Shown: positions 37,213 through 52,410 of the stretch, in pieces | Layout: every line of letters starts with the position of its first letter | Numbering within the stretch: position 1 is the stretch's first letter | Assembly: GCA_964016885.1 (NCBI GenBank) | Contig: OZ024745.1 | Coordinates: forward strand, 89,342,001 to 89,406,000 | Length of the DNA stretch: 64,000 nt | Origin: Eledone cirrhosa | Taxonomy: Eukaryota | Direction of reading: 5' to 3' | Program-made: the position numbers and the translations under genes | Notes under the pieces: model-generated | What the model was told of the DNA's origin: nothing | What the model saw: the letters and a program-made list of their open reading frames with translations, nothing else | The model's database searches: none

Positions 37213-40200
37213 CTAGCAGAAGTACCAGGCGTTGCCCGGGTGTAAGTCGACCTTTGCTCTGTTGTTAAAATGTGTGAAATTTATTTCCTGCGCATCACAG
37301 GTGCAACTTTGCTGTTGGGGTTCACGCTGTTGTTGGTGTTGTTATTGTCTACACCATAGGAGGTCATCATGAAACAGTTGTATCTCCACATGTTATGGCG
37401 GAACGTTGTAGCCGTAGTGTCGTCACCAGTAAGTAGATTCAGAAGAACGTCTGGCGGGTCAGCCAATGCCTCTAGTTGTACCTTACCTCCTGCACAGCAC
37501 ATAGAATGCGCCTCACCTGGCCACTTAATTGCCTTGCAGGTTGTACAGACATTATCCTTTTTGCCAATGGAAACTGTAGGCAGAAGTCCGTAATCCTCAG
37601 AGGGGTTATATCTGAAGACTGATTTTACCCAGCCTGAGCTCTTGGAAGCAGTAGCTAATGTATGCCGAGAACGCTTAGCAGCAAGCCTGTTGTCTCTGTC
37701 TGCCGTGGACTCCTCTGCAAGCGCTTGTTGGTGACGCTTGTTGGTGACGCTTAATGCTACTGGTTAGCTAAGCCAAAGGCACTGTGCCGATAGTAAATGA
37801 GAAAAGTGTAATATGAACAAAAGGGAATCAAGGTGAGACAATAAAGTTAATATAACTACGATTAGAATGTTGTAGTTGCTTAAAAGTGGTGACAGTTAGG
37901 ATAAACGCAGTGCTTGCTAACATTAAGGGAGAATATTGCATAAAGGATTAACCAATTGTGAATGAACGCATACCAGAGAACGCCTAATTCGTCGTCTCAA
38001 AGCAGTAGCTGTATCTTTTTTGGAGGTAAGTCTTGAACGTTTCCGTGTGGGCATAACGACGTGTAACGAAGCTGTTAGGTTAGAGAGGGGTGATTAAGTA
38101 CAGAGAGAGGTGACACCAGATTCGCTAGCATGTTTACTGGTGAATGGGAAGGTTTGGAAATATGATTATAATAACTTACCTAATTTTCCGGCCTATAAAT
38201 TGCACTTAAAATACCTAAACTTCATCAAAAAACAGCTCTGCGCTGAGCCTTATGTATAAATAATACAATGGTAATCAATCACGGCTCTAACAGAAGTAAT
38301 AGATCTAGACTAAAAGTAAAGAAGATAGCATTTTCCTGGTTGGCCTTACACGCCGTTGCGCGGACCTGATTTTAAATGATACGCCTTATATCCCGGTGAG
38401 CCTTATAGAGCGGAAAATACGGTATATATTGGAAAAGAATACTAATTCATGACAAAATTGACGTCTATACAGTGCCTGAAACAAACTTGTCCAAAACCCT
38501 GGGATCTTTCTCGCTAAGTATCCACCCAAAAGTAACCATTTCTTAGTTACAAAAAATAACCAAAGTAAATAGTAGCTATATTCTGACATATCATGCCAAA
38601 AAGAACAATATATTCAAAAAACTTTCTAAAGTACATTCAATCTCTCTGTTCCAACGATGTCTTAATAAGTAAATTATCGATTTTTTATTAGCTGTCAGTG
38701 TTTATCTGCATGCAGGTGTGTACGTGTGCGCAATCAATTGCACTGCATGCAGATGGTCTATTACTAGTAATTAAAAAATTAAAGAACGATAGCAATTTGA
38801 AAATACGCTCATAACATTTAGTCGTAAATAGAACAAAAAATACCTTTAGAGGTGGGCTAATAATGGAAAAGACACAAACCCTGGTGAAGTTACGTTTAAA
38901 ATCCGAAAACTTACTCACTTCCTGTGCAAAAGGATGTGACAGTAGTTTTATGAATTAAGTAATATTTTAGAACCTTTTGTTTAAAGAAGGAAAAAATTGG
39001 TACGGACCTAACATTTTTTACAACTTTATATGTGTACAATACAACTTGGTCAAAGTATTATTTAGTAAAAAATTGTTCAAACTGCATGATTATTTAAGAC
39101 TGTTTGAAAATTTACTCACTGCTTTTAACTTTTGGCATCACAAAAGACACCATTAAATTTGGTTTCCTTTCAGATAGGGATAATACTGTATTTGCACTTG
39201 AATAAGGGGGAACATGAAAAGTTTAACCCTAAGATGTCGACAATCCCCTAGTCCCAATGGGAATTTTTAAATTTAAGGATGGCGAAAAATGAATTAAATT
39301 TAACTGAAATGGCATGAAAGTAGGCTAAATAAATAGGCACTAACTCACCGATAAGTGGACAAATTCTGTAAAGGTCTGTTTAGTGAGACGGCCGGATTTA
39401 TTGTTGGTCACAAAAAGCGGATAAACACAAAGAGGAAAAGGCGGTTCGCACGTGCGTGCATACCTGTTTGTGTATCTATCGTTGAGAAAACATACTGCTC
39501 GTGGTATAGACAGGCCGTCCAATCTATAACGCGCGTGAGTCACAGTGTGTGGGAATATGAAATTAATTTTGAATGCGCCATGTGTAAACTAAAAGTTCTT
39601 GTGTTCGCATGCATACGCATTAAATTTCATTTAAATCGAAAGTGTTTTGAAAAAAATATGAAAAACATTCTGTCATATATTTTGTTGACTGTACAATTAT
39701 TTAAGAATTAAGAATTCTACTCAAAGAACCCTGAACATCTGTTTGTAAAGCCTTCCATTTTCCCATAAAGAAAGGCGTAGATTTGCATATTTCCACAATA
39801 TTACGCCATTGATAATTAAACTATGAATAATTGTCTGCCCTAACTCTTAAAGGTCTCATTTAACGCATGATTTATGAGTTTAAAAAAACTTTCTGAATGT
39901 TTGCAGCCTTGGAGTAACTCCTAATGGATCTATTAGTGTGGTAATATCAAATCTCATTGAAATCGGACGAATTCTGAAAATATCGATTTTTGCCTCTGGG
40001 GTCCGATTATCCCCGCATCAAAATACATACCTACGTCAAATTTCATTGGACAAATTTCGTAAATATCGATGTTAGCCTCTGGTGATCCAATTATCGATTT
40101 TCCGAAAAGTTAAAGTAGCCCACGTTCATCCCCGGACCAATATACACACTTGCGTCGAGTTTCATCGAAATATTTTCGAGGAGCCAACTCCAATCTACGC

Positions 40201-40310
40201 GTTGAGGTTTATATATGTGTCAAGTTTCATAAAAGTCGGATGAACGGTGTAGCCTGCAAGTTCGGGATACCAAACAAACAAAACAACGCCCAACTTCACT
40301 ATATATATAT
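37213..40310 (-). mobile_element. Internally deleted Helitron retaining the RepHel N-terminus
   Basis: 3' end CCCGGGCAACGCCTGG..CTAG|T at 37213. Coding remnant VFRYNPSEDY..VSIG..CTTCKAIKWPGE..MCCAGGKVQL..PP..L..LL.G..FRHN..YN..MTSYG. Confidence 0.9.
37281..38054 (-). pseudogene. Helitron RepHel N-terminal exons (basic leader plus CCCC zinc finger)
   Basis: Putative exon 38054-37974 (MPTRKRSRLTSKKDTATALRRRIRRSL|GTATGC). Open frame about 37740-37281 contains the zinc finger. Rep and helicase domains are absent. Confidence 0.75.
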
Positions 40311-40320
40311 ATATATATAT

Positions 40321-40520
40321 AGGAAAAAGTATGACCCCCGACGGCAGAGCTCAAGACGTTTCGACGGCTATTTCTGGACTCAGTCCAGAAATAGCCGTCG
40401 AAATGGCTTGAGCTCTGCCGTCAGGGTCATACTTTTTCCCTATTTCCAACTCTACTACCCTAAGTATTGAGTACTCTGGTGCGTTATGGTCCATCTGGTT
40501 CCTTACCACAATTCCTTTGT

Positions 40521-40521
<1 letters not shown>
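40321..40521. repeat. Fold-back of about 60-bp arms plus unique tail, in (TA)n
   Basis: GGAAAAAGTATGACCC..TTTCTGGACT-C-AGTCCAGAAA..GGGTCATACTTTTTCC. Right arm and tail match 6665-6805. Confidence 0.9.
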
Positions 40522-40577
<56 letters not shown>

Positions 40578-41059
40578 CTTCCATAGCATGTTATTCATCT
40601 TTTTTTCTTTCATTATCACTGCGAGGGATGCCGTTTAAAAAAAAAGAAATATTAATGTCAATCTTAAAAAGATTTCATGTTTAAAGAAATGCTGTCACTT
40701 TGTGCATATGTCACTGTTGCGGCGGAAAATTATTTTTCTTAATACTGCAGAGCCAAATTTCATTGAAAGAAAAAGCCTGAAGCCAATGTTATTACCATTA
40801 ATATCATCAGTCAATATGAAGATTCAATTAGCTACGCAGACCAAACAAGAATGCAATTTTAGTTGTTTTCGTTCCTCTCTTTGAATTTTTTATACTACGC
40901 TAAAAGCTAGTCTTTGTATGTATGGTACGTAGTTATTTGAAGGAATTTCAACGAATTTGAAGGAATTTCCATAGGGCAATGAGAATATTATTTTCCATGT
41001 GATTTGAACTTATGGTATGAATCGAGGAATATATTCAGATTTGAAGCGGAAAAATAGCT

Positions 41060-41200
41060 GAGTCGTTACAATGTCGGAAAAAATGCTTTGCAGTATTTGA
41101 TCTGCCTTTCTCCTCTTTGAGTTCAAATTTCCCTGTGGTCAACTTTCATTCATTCTAGGTCGATAAATATAGTATCCGTTCAAGACTAGAGTTGGTTTTT
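41060..41200 (+). mobile_element. Degenerate tRNA-derived SINE
   Basis: GAGTTCAAATT..GGTCAACTTT..GTCGATAAA. Confidence 0.7.
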
Positions 41201-41689
41201 CCTCTATAACTCTTTCCTACTTTTCTTTCCCTTCCTCTCATCACTCCCCCTACCTCTCTCTCTCTTTCTCTCTCTCTCTGTCGCTCGCTCGCTCGCTCGC
41301 TCGAAGAAGAAGAAGAAGAATGTTTTATGTTCCGATCTAGCGTTAGGGGCCCTTAACATGGATATCATATTCAGCTTAACCGTATTGGTAACTTGCCACT
41401 CAAAAAAGGAAAATGATAATCCTTGCTAAAATAACCTTCTCCTTAAAAGTTCGGGGTGTAAGCTATAGTCAATTATATAAACTCGGGGTGTAAGTTATAG
41501 TCCATTATATTAAACTAGGGGTGTATCAAACTCACTACATATGTGTTACGTAATTTATGGAAGCAGAAAGTATGAAACGTGAGATTGACATCGGTTGAAA
41601 TATAGAGTTAATATTAAACAATGTAAGACTTTTGGTCCGCTCTGCATCGATTCTACAGACCATTCACTCTTGTAGCCCCAATAATAGTG

Positions 41690-43790
41690 ATGTCAAATAT
41701 AGGAAAAAATTCACTGATATCACAAGGAAGTGGGAGATTGTAGTCAATGGAATATGTTACTTCGTTTGGTTTATGAGGTATTGAAGTTGGCAATAAAGTC
41801 CAGAAAAAATACTGAAAGAACACCTGGTGTGCGAGAATCAACAGCCAGAACAAAGTGATCAAAAGAAGTATATTGTATTGATGTAGAAAGCAAGGTGGGA
41901 GAGGACCAAAAGGAATACTGAGAGATACAGGGAAGAAAAGTGTATGTGGGAATAACAGAAACTATCTTAAAGAAAGTAATCAGAAAACTTTGCTCCAAAA
42001 GTTGTTTAACACAACCTGACATTGAATCAATAAAAAGGTCTCTAAAATCAACAGGAGGACCCGAATAATAAGAGATACAAACAATTTCAATAATCTAGAA
42101 TTAGAAAGTGTTATCGCAACACAGGGTGAATTTCAGGAATAAAATAACGTTGAAGAGTCAACAAAGGGTGAACAAGAGGCCCTGAATGAAAATAATATGA
42201 GTTAAGAGGATTAAGAAATTCTTCAGAAATTGAGAGAATGCCTATCAAGAGAAAAAAAAATGCAAGCAAACTTTTTTATTTTAAATTCTTAGATCAAACA
42301 AAACTGAAAATGAAGTCACGTGGGTCAATGACCTCTTGAAATATGTACAAATAAAGGATGTAAGGCTGTACAGGAAGTTTGTGAGCAACAGCATGTTGTG
42401 GGAGAAATGAGGAGAGTGAAGGAGAAATCAAAAAGCCTATGAAAGAACAGTATCGAAAACGAAAACTTGTAAACGATATTGCCAAGATCCGGAGAGAATA
42501 GAACCATGGGAGATAGAAATATTACAAAACCAACGACAGAGCGGAAACTGAATAAAAAGTAAAAATTAACGAGGAAGGGCTTCTTATTAGTTATGGAAAA
42601 ATTAAAGCAAAGAATAATTGCAAAAAAATCTGAAAGTAAAGCGATTGACAACAGAATGATGCAATTCGTAGAAAAGAGGGAGTTGGTGATAAACCGAAGT
42701 AGATTTTACAAAAGAATTGGAGGAAGTAAGAATATTTGAAGGGTGCTGGCAGATTGTTGACGTAGCTTTGGGAACCTGATGAACAGCTAGACTGAGCCTA
42801 ATCTGAAAGGTGCTGGCAGATTGTTGACGTAGCTTTGGGAACCTGATGAACAGCTAGACTGAGTCACAGAACAGCATTAGAGTCACCAAAGAAAAGATGA
42901 AAGATGAAAACCAAATATGAGGCTGTCATAAAAAGATTCAAATTAATAATTGAGAGAAACTGGGTTGGAGTACCCGCTGGAAAAGACAAGCTATCGATTA
43001 ATCTTCAATTTTTTTTTATTGATGACTTAAAACTTTATGGGAAAAACAGGAAGCAAGTTGATACATTGGTGCAGTTTATTTAGTGAGGATATGAAAATAA
43101 GTTTTGGTGAAACCAAGTATGCAACAGTGTCACTTGAAATAGGAAAGAAGGTAAAATTCAATATTATTAAATTTCAAACTGGAGATGAAATAGGAGAACC
43201 AGATGCAGAAGTTACATATATTTTCGAGTACGGAGAATTGTTAGTATGTTTTGCGAGAAAATTAAAAGGCAAACAATATTTATATCTTTAAAAGGTTTAG
43301 TTTTTTGAAACGTTGTTACGAAAGATAGTGGGTATCTCTTTAGATCTACAACAAGAATACAGACAAACATGAAAATCAAATATACAAAAAAGATGTAGAA
43401 TATAAAAGAAACTTCCTTCTAATCTTAAATGAAATAGGAGAGAAAACATGAAACCTAGGAATTTGAAAGAAAAATATACTAAAGAAATATAATAGAAACA
43501 TAAATCCCGCAGAATAAGGCATAAAGAATCCGGAGATGTGAAAAATGCTAAACGCATTTCGAGGAGAACCAGCTGTTACATTCAAACCCCAAAACGACTC
43601 TACCAGAAGCAAAATAAAGATAAATATAGCTCTGAAAGTAAAGGAAGTTGCGGATTTCTGGCGAAGTTTATGGGCAGAATGGGAAAAGAAATTACCATAC
43701 ACAGAACTTGCAAGTACAACGAACACAGCAACTGGACAACTATGGGAAGATATTGAAAGTATTTTAAACACAATTCTCTTTGCTATTACT
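41690..43790 (+). mobile_element. Ancient, heavily deleted R4/Dong-like LINE
   Basis: FFIDDLKLYGK..FSEDMKISFG..K.A at about 43010-43130, and 'MEKLKQRIIAK' N-terminal helix. Boundaries uncertain. Confidence 0.65.
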
Positions 43791-44033
43791 ACTTTGTTAA
43801 AGCAGATGAGGTTCTATTTGGTTTTTATTTAGAGAGACTCACGAAATATTGAAGGTGGTAGCCCCTGCGAAGTCCCGCTTATCTATTTCGTTGAAATCAT
43901 TACGCGCTATATAATGCAATCAGCTAGCAATAATTGGTCTCTGCTTATCGGGTCCTGTTTAAAATTACTGCGTAGATTATGAATTTGGGGTGGATGAAAA
44001 CAAATACGCAAAACCATTGACATTATTCGTTAA

Positions 44034-44147
44034 TTTCAAATCCCGCCGAGGTTAACTTTGCTTTTCATCCTTACGGGGTCGATAAAATAATGTACCAATA
44101 ATGTACTGGGTAATTGCTGGCCTTGCGCCAAAAGTAGAAACAATTAT
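44034..44147 (+). mobile_element. 5'-truncated SINE with 13-bp TSD ATTATTCGTTAAT
   Basis: TSD visible on both sides. Confidence 0.9.
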
Positions 44148-44714
44148 TCGTTAATACTAACTTTTATATTGACTTTAATATCGAAGAGGTGGTGTATTGT
44201 GAACATGTATCCATTATACAAACGCCTAGCACTTGTTTTCAGTTAAAGCGCTTCTAATTAATCCCGATATCACTTATTAATTGTCTCGTGAACGTTGCAT
44301 GCCTGGTAATTATCTGCCATGAATACCTCCCGGCAGGTGGTGTTGGGAGAAGATTGTCCATTTGTCTAAAGAAAATGTTAATTCTAAGAGGTCACAAAGA
44401 TTGCATTCCATTCGGATAAGCTATGTGATGATATAACATTTAAGGATTACTCAAACAATTTAGATGTTTGGTAATGTTTACTGTTATGAAGTAAACCAAG
44501 AAGAAACGCTAGAAAATGAAGATAGCCTAAATACTTTCCGATCCCTTGAATGAGTGAAATACGGAGAATGTCCAGAAATTATCCAAAATGACAACGATTG
44601 GATCGATCGACGAATAAGAAGTGTACCAGAGAAAAACAGCTAACTCGAAACAGTAAGTTCTGGCAATGAGAAAATAAGCAAAAACTTAAACATACAAGTA
44701 AATCAGAATGACGA

Positions 44715-45170
44715 AAAATAACAACTAAAATAGCATAACTGACAATAGCCACAACAACAGGGGTTACAGAAATAACAACAATAAAAAAGAGCCATAACAA
44801 GAAATAGAATATAAACAATTACAACAACAACAATAACGTGAGTCATAACAACAGACACAATAACAACAAATATAACAATAACCGCAACTACAATAACAAC
44901 AATAACAAGAGCCATAACAACAAACGGAGGAAAAAATAAATTACAGGAAAAAATAAATTACAACAAACACAAGAGATACTCCAATAGTAACAATAACACC
45001 AAAACATCAGCAACATCGACAGCAACCACAGCAGCGACCATGCTTTGTTACGGTCCTTTACGTTCTGAGTTCAAATCGCGCCAAAATTAATTTTGCCTTT
45101 CATCCTTATGGGGTCGATAAAATAAAATACCAGTAACACACCGGAGTCGATTTAATCAACTCAAAATTGT
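44715..45170 (+). repeat. Degenerate (AAC/AAT)n low-complexity tract followed by a SINE fragment (45040-45170)
   Basis: Direct inspection. Confidence 0.8.
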
Positions 45171-46401
45171 TTAATTTAACCAACTCATTATTGTTTGTTT
45201 AATTAGGTGTACATGTTTACAAGCTTGATATGGAAGATTCAAGATGAAAGTGAATGATTATCTATTCTGTGTTATCTATTCTGAAACATTAATCATAATC
45301 GAGACATTCGTGTACATTTCTTTATTAATCTATCAGCTTACTGGACTGAATGGGTTAAATTTTAAACAATATTATAAATGTAGAAATATAAATTTTTAAT
45401 TACGCTCGTTGAGAAGTGCTGGAAAGGTGGTATCATCGAATGTATCACACAATATATTATTGAAACAGTTATTATCGGAATTTCATAAAAGCAAATTTGA
45501 CTTTGGTTTCATTTGAATGCAAATCGTCTGAGATAAATTTAGACACTGTAATAGATAACCCGTTGATTTGAGATTACTGTGCTGTGATCTTAAAATAAAG
45601 TTGTTTAAACACTTATGACGAGCATTCCCAGCGCATGTAAAGTAAATTGTATTGAATCGGAAATGGAACTCGCTGAACAGACTTGGCTCACCCGAAAGTA
45701 TTTACTTCCTCTAATTATAAAAGTAAGAATAACGCTTTCTCACATCTCCAAAAGCCTACATATTTAGAGGAAATAGATCAAGATGTGTCAAGTTAATACC
45801 ATTATGAAGGAAATTAGCAAATATGTAAAATGAATTGGCTATTAATGAGAAATGCAAACGTGTCCTAGCTATGGCGATGAAAATATGAATGCAAGAAATT
45901 GCATCTACTCTCATCAATGAAAATCGGTGGCAATTATCCTGTCACCATTACTGTTTTGTGGCCATTAAAATTAAACTTTATCACTCAAAAGTTCAATCTA
46001 TTTATAACTAATTAATCCACACTACGGCGCTGCAGAGGTCTCAAGAAGACATCATGCAATATGCCTTTTCCTAAAACGGCACGATATCGTTTGAATGAAC
46101 GTGGGAGTTGTTTCCAGCATATGAAATACTATGTAGTTGCTCAGACGTTTGTTCACATTGCGTGGTTGCATAGAAGAATACTATCTGATTATTATTGCTG
46201 TTTGAGTCGAAACTATGCGTAGGTGTCCTTTGATGTAAAGAGGATTCACAAAAGTATGAAAGTCATAACAGCCTATTTTGCTCCGCCTCCTAAAAAACTA
46301 CGTAAGTTTTCATGTCTATATACACATTAGTGAATTAATAATTACGTCGTTGTTTTTTTGTATGGTGGTGTGATTGAGTGCGTATATGTTTATAGATATA
46401 A

Positions 46402-46466
<65 letters not shown>

Positions 46467-46569
46467 AGTGTGTATGTGTGTGTGCGTGTGTGTGTTTGCG
46501 AGCTTATATGTATATATATATAAGTGCATTATGTTTGTGTTTGCGTGCTTATATCTATCTATCTATCTA

Positions 46570-46604
<35 letters not shown>

Positions 46605-46700
46605 TATACTCCAGTCCTACAAACTGTAGAGTGCTACTTATCCGATATCTGCATTGCTTTATTGTACTACAATAAAACTCACCTCCTACATATAAATATA

Positions 46701-47655
46701 CTAGACATGAAAAATGCGCAAGCTCAAAAGTGCCACAGAATGTTATAATAAACCTTCAAAAGTGTGGGACTAGAGTTGTTGCTAAAAAATATTGTAATCA
46801 TTATATATCGTACATTCTGTGGCATCCTTTATAAAAATAGCTTAAACCAACGAAGCCTTTATTTTTACGCTATTTCACTTAGTTAATTCTTAGAGTGTAA
46901 CATATAAAAATATGATTTACAACTATAAAATAAATTAATTAATATAATAACAGAGCTGCGGAGCTGAAATTTAGGAAATAATGGAGTATCGGATCCTGAG
47001 TTGGAGCCAGTCAATTTTTGACCGACTCCGCAGCCCTGTATAATACATTTCATATTAAAGTTATTAATAAACCTATTTTACACTTCATGCAAATTACCAC
47101 GAGATATTGATATTAGATATAAGATACAGCGCAATATCTACAGCTGTAAAAGTACGAAAGCGAAGTAATAATAAGTGGCTTAAGGTAATTCCAATATGAA
47201 AGTTTGTAGTGATAAAAATTTGATAATGCAATACGATTGTTAATATTATAGTTCTATGAAAATGTAACAATAGATAACTAAATTATTTTACTATTAGTAT
47301 ATTTAAGAAATTATCATTATAGATTTGATCGTTCATATAAGCATCATATTAAGTTTCAACACAATTATTTTGTTACTATGAGTATATGATAATAATATTA
47401 CGTAATTATTTATAGCTGTTATTACATTAAACATAGATGTATTTATTTTTATATGTTACACTCTAAGAATTAACTAAGTGAAATAGCGTAAAAATAAAGG
47501 CTTCGTTGGTTTAAGCTATTTTTATAAAGGATGCCACAGAATGTACGATATATAATGATTACAATATTTTTTAGCAACAACTCTAGTCCCACACTTTTGA
47601 AGGTTTATTATAACATTCTGTGGCACTTTTGAGCTTGCGCATTTTTCATGTCTAG
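46701..47655. repeat. Apparently perfect inverted repeat of about 212 bp with a 530-bp spacer
   Basis: 46701-46912 is the reverse complement of 47444-47655; no mismatch seen. Confidence 0.95.
46951..47038. mobile_element. 88-bp hAT-like MITE
   Basis: TIRs CAGAGCTGCGGAG/CTCCGCAGCCCTG and 8-bp TSD TATAATAA/TATAATAC. Confidence 0.7.
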
Positions 47656-48209
47656 TTTAATATTTTTTTAAGGCAACGCTTGTAATAACTCTAGTTAAAC
47701 AGGATATATATTAATAATAAATTATCGTTGTAATGTAATTAGATTATGTAATTGTTATTATAAATTATCTTATAAATATTAGTGTAAGATGTATAAAAAT
47801 ATTTTCAGACTTTTAATATAAACAACTACAAAAAACAATCAATATTAAATCAATATATTATACATAATAGAAAACATAAAATATACAATACAAAAACAAA
47901 ATATTTACATACAATTGCAATTATCAGTGTATATACATTTTCTTTATATTCCCTGAGCAAATTAATAAGATTTGTTTTTATTGTACATAATTTGATGACT
48001 TGTTGGAGTGTATTAAAAGATAGCAACAATTTGTGATTAAATTGTTATCTTAAGCAACTCACTTTTTAATAGTTGTTGGCTGAGCGAAATTGTAAAAGCC
48101 TATGAGCAAATATAAAAAAAAATACACAAACAACATTTCCTTGTGTTATTACAACATTAGATAAAATAATTGAGCAATGTCGTTATATTTTGCTCTTATT
48201 GCACATTAA

Positions 48210-49512
<1,303 letters not shown>

Positions 49513-50612
49513 AATGCAAATGCTTAAAATTTAAATTGCCTTAATTCTATCGTCTGCTGTTTCATTAAAGGGAGATTATCGTCTGTATTTAATTCTATCG
49601 TCTACTGTTCCACTAAACAGATATACCTCCACTATCGTCTCTATTTATACATTTTAACTTATAACTTATACACATTTGATTTGAAATATTTTATCTAGTC
49701 CCCCCTCTCAATATTATGATGATTTCTTTCGAATGAAACAGTTCTAGTCCTGTAGAAGCCATTTATATATATAATTGAACTGAGTTAAAAATTCACAATA
49801 TTTATAATTAAATAAGCTCATATATATATGTGTGTATTTATCTGTTTATTGTATTATATATAATGTGTGTATATACAGGATGTCCCCCAAAAATATATAC
49901 ACACTTCAACAGCATTCTAATAACTATTGCCTGTACAGGTAATCAAAGTGTCAATCGAATGTTAGTTTCGTGTTTTAACAGTACAAATTTACAATACACA
50001 CATAAAACCAGTGTATATACATACATGAGTGTGTATACACATACATGAATGTGTATATACAATATATATGTATATATATATATAGACACATGTATTCACG
50101 GTGCAACGGTACATTAAAATATAGATGCGGGAGAGGGGGTGTATATATAGGGGCGCTGGGGATAAAGGAGTGTAAAGCGTGTGTAATTGATATATTGAAG
50201 GAGAGGAGCGTGCAGCGATAGAGTAACAAATATATAGAGAGGGGGAGAGATGGTATTGAAGGGGAGGAGTGCAAAGCGAAAGAGTAAGAGATATAAATAG
50301 AGACGGAACAGATAGAGAGAAACAGGCGTAAGTAACAGTGGAAGAGATATAGAGAGAGGTACTCTGATTGGTTGAAAATTAGCCAATCACATACGATCAC
50401 CACCACGGCTATCCCCGAAAAATTTTTAAAGAAGCTAGGCATATATGTTAGAACACGAAAAGTGAACATTCTGTGTTTCACACTTTTCGTGTTCTAACAG
50501 ATATAAGTGCATTATGCGTGAATGTGCGATATACCGTATATCAACAAACGTTTAGATAACTGAGAATTCTTCTATACGTATATGCATTTCAATCTTTGCC
50601 TATGTGTGTGTT

Positions 50613-50633
<21 letters not shown>

Positions 50634-50674
<41 letters not shown>

Positions 50675-50735
50675 TCGGTGGTAGTAGTAGTAGTAGTAGT
50701 AGCAGTAGCAGTAGCAGCAGCAGCAGTAGTAATAG
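50634..50735. repeat. Compound (AGC)n(AGT)n microsatellite
   Basis: Direct inspection. Confidence 0.95.
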
Positions 50736-51569
50736 TATGATATATTTATCAGCAGCTGTACTTGTCTATAATTTGCGTTGTTTTAATTTTGTGAGATATT
50801 GTGATTATTTTTTTTATCGTTTCGAAGTAGTTATCTAATTACTTAAAACATCGTTCACTGAATTTAATTAACTTATGTTGTATTTCCCGATGTAAGGGTT
50901 AGTGATGTGTGTAGGCGTCAGGAAACGTGTGTCTATATATAAATATTTAGTATGATATATTTATAATAACATAGAACATTCTATATCCTGTGTATGTGAT
51001 ACAAGAACGATTCACAGCTGGCCCACGCCATTTATTCTATTCGCTATATCTTCATTTCCCGACATTTGTCAACGTACATCATTTCTCAAGGCATGCTAAT
51101 TACTGTGTTGTAGTTCGATGTTATCAACCGTGTTCATGCTAGGACCATTCCGCTCTACTGTTGGACATTGTGTATCTTGGACATCATAATCCAATGTGTT
51201 ACTCTTTCCTAAGAAATCAGGATCTTTTTAGATGTAGCTGCTATTTCTAGCATGTCCAATAACCGTATAAAGGCTCCTCCAATAGTCATTTTTCGTTGTT
51301 TTACAAACATTAGCGTTAACTTGTGTATGTATGTATTTCCTTTTATTAAAGCTCATATATGCGCAAGTTTCGCCAGCCACCTATCTAGGCCGCTTCTTAT
51401 AAAAGCTTTCTGGTGTGTTTTAAAAATAGATGTCCAGGTATTATCATGTAATCAGTCTTTCCTGTCACAAAAGACGGAATTTAAGAATAGAACACGCTTG
51501 ACCGGAGCAGAAATGGCAAGGTATCTCATCAGACGCTTTCAATTCCGCTAAACCAACACACTGGATGAG

Positions 51570-52410
51570 TACTGTATTTATCGACTACAATCTGATGAAA
51601 AACAACGTTGATTTCAGTGGGATTTGAACTCAAAGGGCAGGCAACTGGAACAAATGTACAAGACATTTAGTCATACGTTCTAATGATACCATCAATTCTC
51701 CTCTGTGTGCATTTATGAACGTATACGAAATCATGAGTACGTCCGTATCAATGATTTTATTAAAAACATTTGACCAGATGACGTCTTAGCAAATGGACAT
51801 TTCAGATATCTAGACACGTTACATAAATTTGCATAAAATCCTCATCAATTAAAGTGTTAAGATTAAACAACTCAGAGAGTGGTGGATACGAATGAACATA
51901 GATGTGTATGTATTATCATATTTAAAAAAAAATATTGATAACTCTGAGTAATGTATTACTTAGAGTTTCCTTCATCCTTCCCTCTGTTTCGTCAAGTTCA
52001 AGCTGAAATCTCTCTGAATTTGTTTTACGTTCGCACCGAAATAAATACAAGGGCACCTATTGTAATACTACGTTTTATAAATACTTGTATGTGTTTTAAT
52101 ACCTAAATCTATAACCATTTCTAACATTGTTTCATTATGTCAAATATTTCGATTACTAGATGTCTTAGATTTCGTTCAATAGTTAAGGTTGGTGGAATAT
52201 ATATCTTAACGATCACTACAATAATATAGAGACAACGAATTGGCAGAGTTGTTAGAACGTCGGATAGAATACTTTGCGGTATATGTTCCAGTTCTCTTCT
52301 CTGTGAGTTCAAATCGCACGGAGGTCAACTTTTCCTTTCATCCTTTAGAGATCGATAAAAGTAGTACCATTCTATTACTGGGGTTGATTTTCTCTCTATA
52401 ACTTTTTCTA
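51570..52410. mobile_element. Two degenerate SINEs (51570-51700 -, 52237-52410 +)
   Basis: GGGATTTGAACTC and GAGTTCAAATC..GGTCAACTTT.CCTTTCATCCTT. Confidence 0.75.

Noticed and set aside
42739-42865. Duplicated ~66-bp segment containing CTGATGA
   Set aside because: No downstream GAAA or stem III; a local duplication in a dead LINE.
44579-44915. Hydrophobic, membrane-like ORFs (also 55299-56289)
   Set aside because: Antisense translations of (AAC)n-rich low-complexity DNA.
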